A DNA stretch of 44,140 nt. Source: Sphaeroforma arctica JP610 (lineage: Eukaryota). The DNA is taken from the NCBI RefSeq assembly GCF_001186125.1, contig NW_014040488.1, positions 1 to 44,140 on the forward strand. The letters are read 5' to 3'. The notes beneath the pieces are model-generated. The model was not told the origin of the DNA and ran no database searches. It worked only from the letters and a program-made list of their open reading frames with translations. Shown here piece after piece: positions 41,155 to 44,140 of this stretch (its first letter is position 1; each line of letters begins with the position of its first letter). A program made the position numbers and the translations under genes.

Positions 41155-44140
41155 ATGAGTGACATCCTCGACTTAAACTCACTGAAAAACACACAAGAAC
41201 AATACAGAGCACTACGTAAATTGTGCAGTCAGTGTGACGCGCTATGTTTAGTAGAAACCTGGGTCTATACAGATCGCCTCAATGAAGTTTGCAATGAAAG
41301 TAATACCAATCTTATCTATGCCTCACCCCCATCTAGTAGTATACACCGTGGTGGCAGAAACAACGGTGTAGCCTTAATCAGTAGACATAGCTCAAATGAT
41401 TTTAAACTACATGCACAAAGCCAATACTTTGTATCATTTACCTTTCATATGGATACTATAGCCTGTGTTTATCTAGCACCACACCTAGGAAACAATGTAT
41501 ACAAAACATTATTGGCACTCAACTGTAAACCGCAAGTACTAGTAAGAGATATGAATTTCCGCGACACAGAGTATAACGACTTTCTTATTAAATTTCCCGA
41601 CCGCAAAAAAAATCAATTGAATTCTACACTCAACTACACCAAATGAATCATATAACACCAGAACAATCAGGTAACATACGAGTCGAGCGCGTATACGCTC
41701 AAGCACGTACCAGAACACTACTTACCCTCATCAAAGCCACAAGCATTTCACTCAAAACCGACCACGAATGGGTGTTTGCACTGAACATTAAACCACCAGA
41801 CATACAACACCCCAGTACTACACCTGCAACTATGGAATGCATGCCGGCACACGGGTACAACAGATACTGAATTCGAACTGATAATTGCAAAAACCCGCAC
41901 TATGCAAATACCTTTCGAGCACGAATACGGGCCAACTCTAGTTCATGGTTACGACACATCCAGAACGCAGACCAGGACAAAATCAAACCAGTATATGATA
42001 CGATAATGAACAAGCTATGGAAAGTGGCACAGGGCACATTTTATGGTTACTACCTCAAAACCAACCCCCACAGATCCCATACACCATTGCATGCTTCCGA
42101 ACGTATTCATAATAGCACAATTGTCAAACTATTTACAAAACAAAAGAAATCACTATCCAAACAACCATCCATACCCAACACGGCAGAACCAACAGCACAT
42201 ATCATTAGCTCATTTCTGCAAAAACTATTCAACCAGAAAATACCTTACAAAATACCAGAAACAACCCATACTGAATTCATACCTCTCGAACAAGATATTT
42301 TCACTACCGCACATATCATGCAAGCTGTACTGGCATATGATTGCCGAAAGGGCTCCGGCCCCGACGGGATACATATTGATATTTTTAAAGCAGCTATTGA
42401 AATCTATCCCATATGACACGACCAGGAGGGCAAACCAAACCCCAAGTCTCCAATCCTCCAAGTACTCAATTATCTATTTAAAAAAATATTACATACCGGT
42501 AACGTGCCGTCAGCCTGGCTATGTACACTTATTGTACCCATACCCAAAACTGAGGCACCATCAAGTCCAGAATTTTTCCGACCTATACCCTCACACAGAT
42601 ACTGCGCCGTATCTTCCAAATAGTACTGCTGAGTTACATGAACCAACTTTCTGCACTCAAAACACATAGCTTTTAAATCAGGCTACTCGTGTTTCACACA
42701 CGCCCTTACCCTACACGAATACATCAATCAATCAAGCCCCACAGCGCAACACACCCACCAGGTATTTCTGGATATTAAAAAAAGCATATGACTCGATTAA
42801 GCTCGACCGTCTATAGCGCCTTTTACAAAACAGGCGGGTACCCACCCCATTAATCACTTTATTCCAAAATATGTATCACAATGTAATCTCTCGTATTACA
42901 TGCCAACAAGTTCTCGGACCAACTTTCACACGTGCTCACTATACAACCACGACCATCGCAAATTGCAATTAAGCCTCAAACATGCCTATGTATGGGGCAA
43001 ACGCTCCGGTGTAGAATTCCACCCAAAGAAATCGATATACGTAGCACCACCAAATCCCAAACTAGCACACAAGTTCATGCTCGGACTAAATAGTATCGAT
43101 GCCCACCCCACTGCTAGGTACCTGGGATTCCCTATGGGATCCAAAGAACTAGACGTTGTACAAATGCTAGAAACACGTATAAACACAATGATTCAATAAC
43201 CCAAAGTGGCCCTCTTTCGAGCCGGTGCGCATCTACACCCACACAACAAGCTTATGATCTTTCGAGTATTTATACTCTCGAAAATCACCTACGGTCTTGC
43301 CTTTATACCATTATCACACTCTTTACTCAAAACACGCAATAATGCACAACTCGACAAACTCGATGTCGTAATCCATAGAGCCTCTGGATATATCACATCC
43401 ACTGCAGCACACAAAAAGATACCAACAAAAGCCACACCAACTATGCTAAAACAAATCCAGTTCTGTGGACTCCTCAACGCACGAGCACTATGCACTTGGC
43501 AATACGTGAGTCTTATAAATAAAATAAATCGTATGTCAAACAGAAATCCTTTACATGAATATCTGGCCAAACAAGCAACCATATTTACCCCTATGAGACT
43601 CACTATGCTCGCTCGCGAGAACATACTTCATTACCCTCCGATCATAACATACAGGAAACTGAAACAAGCATATACCAATAGAAACCCAAACAAAAAGGAA
43701 GGCGCGCTACATCGACAAGTGGCTCGAGAACTCCGATTTGGACTCATCTACCCAGGCGAGGAAGAGCGGTACCGACTCGGCACGCCGCTCGAACATCACA
43801 GTTTCAGCAGTCTCTTATTCAGAGTTCCAACGATAGTCGCACTGTACGTCACGAACAGGTATATGTTCACGCTAGAAAAGACCCCGGCAGGTCTCGCATG
43901 CATTGGCTGCAGCAAAACACCTTTCACCACATCACACTTCAAATGTCCCCTCGTGCTCCCCTACATGTCCAAACTCATCTCATCACAGAAAGAGATTGTA
44001 GTTGATAGCAACCTACTTAACGCCCTTAGCACCCGTAAGCGCTACACCGACATGCTCACACTACACGACCAATTGGTGTACTTGCACAAAGGACCCATAC
44101 CACCCCAAGTACTGATAAACTGTGTGTTCCCAGTGCCACG
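41155..44140 (+). mobile_element. Degenerate non-LTR (LINE) retrotransposon ORF2: APE endonuclease, reverse transcriptase and C-terminal CCHC knuckle
   Basis: APE: CDALCLVETW, GVALI, VYLAP, RDMN, TDHE. RT: KGSGPDGI, IVPIPK..FRPI (42531-42590), FKSGYSC, VFLDIKK/AYDS, FHPKKS, RYLG. CIGCSKTPFTTSHFKC at 43899-43946. Multiple frameshifts and stops. Confidence 0.92.

Overview
Eukaryotic, intron-rich genomic DNA (GT-AG introns, microsatellites, scaffold gaps); no prokaryotic features or CRISPR. Manual splicing gives: (1) the first coding exon of an unidentified minus-strand gene leaving the window at left; (2) an 11-exon type I L-asparaginase (1719-6261, +, ~490 aa); (3) a 15-exon, ~666-aa GHKL (Bergerat-fold) ATPase with a mitochondrial-type presequence that looks like a prokaryotic MORC/paraMORC-type protein rather than Hsp90/TRAP1, MutL or gyrase (7556-18383, +); (4) a SMYD (SET+MYND) lysine methyltransferase (~25982-20690, -); (5) an intronless Chk1-like/CAMK Ser/Thr kinase with an acidic tail bearing three copies of a short motif (30993-28972, -); then an AT-rich intergenic region and decayed APE-type non-LTR retrotransposons (38.4-44.1 kb). 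Most notable: the putative organelle-targeted MORC-like ATPase, a different minisatellite in many of its introns, several tandem duplications spanning splice sites, and scattered telomere-like T(2-5)AGGG tracts. The organism cannot be determined from the sequence; a unicellular eukaryote such as an ichthyosporean-type opisthokont is only a guess. All exon coordinates were derived by eye.
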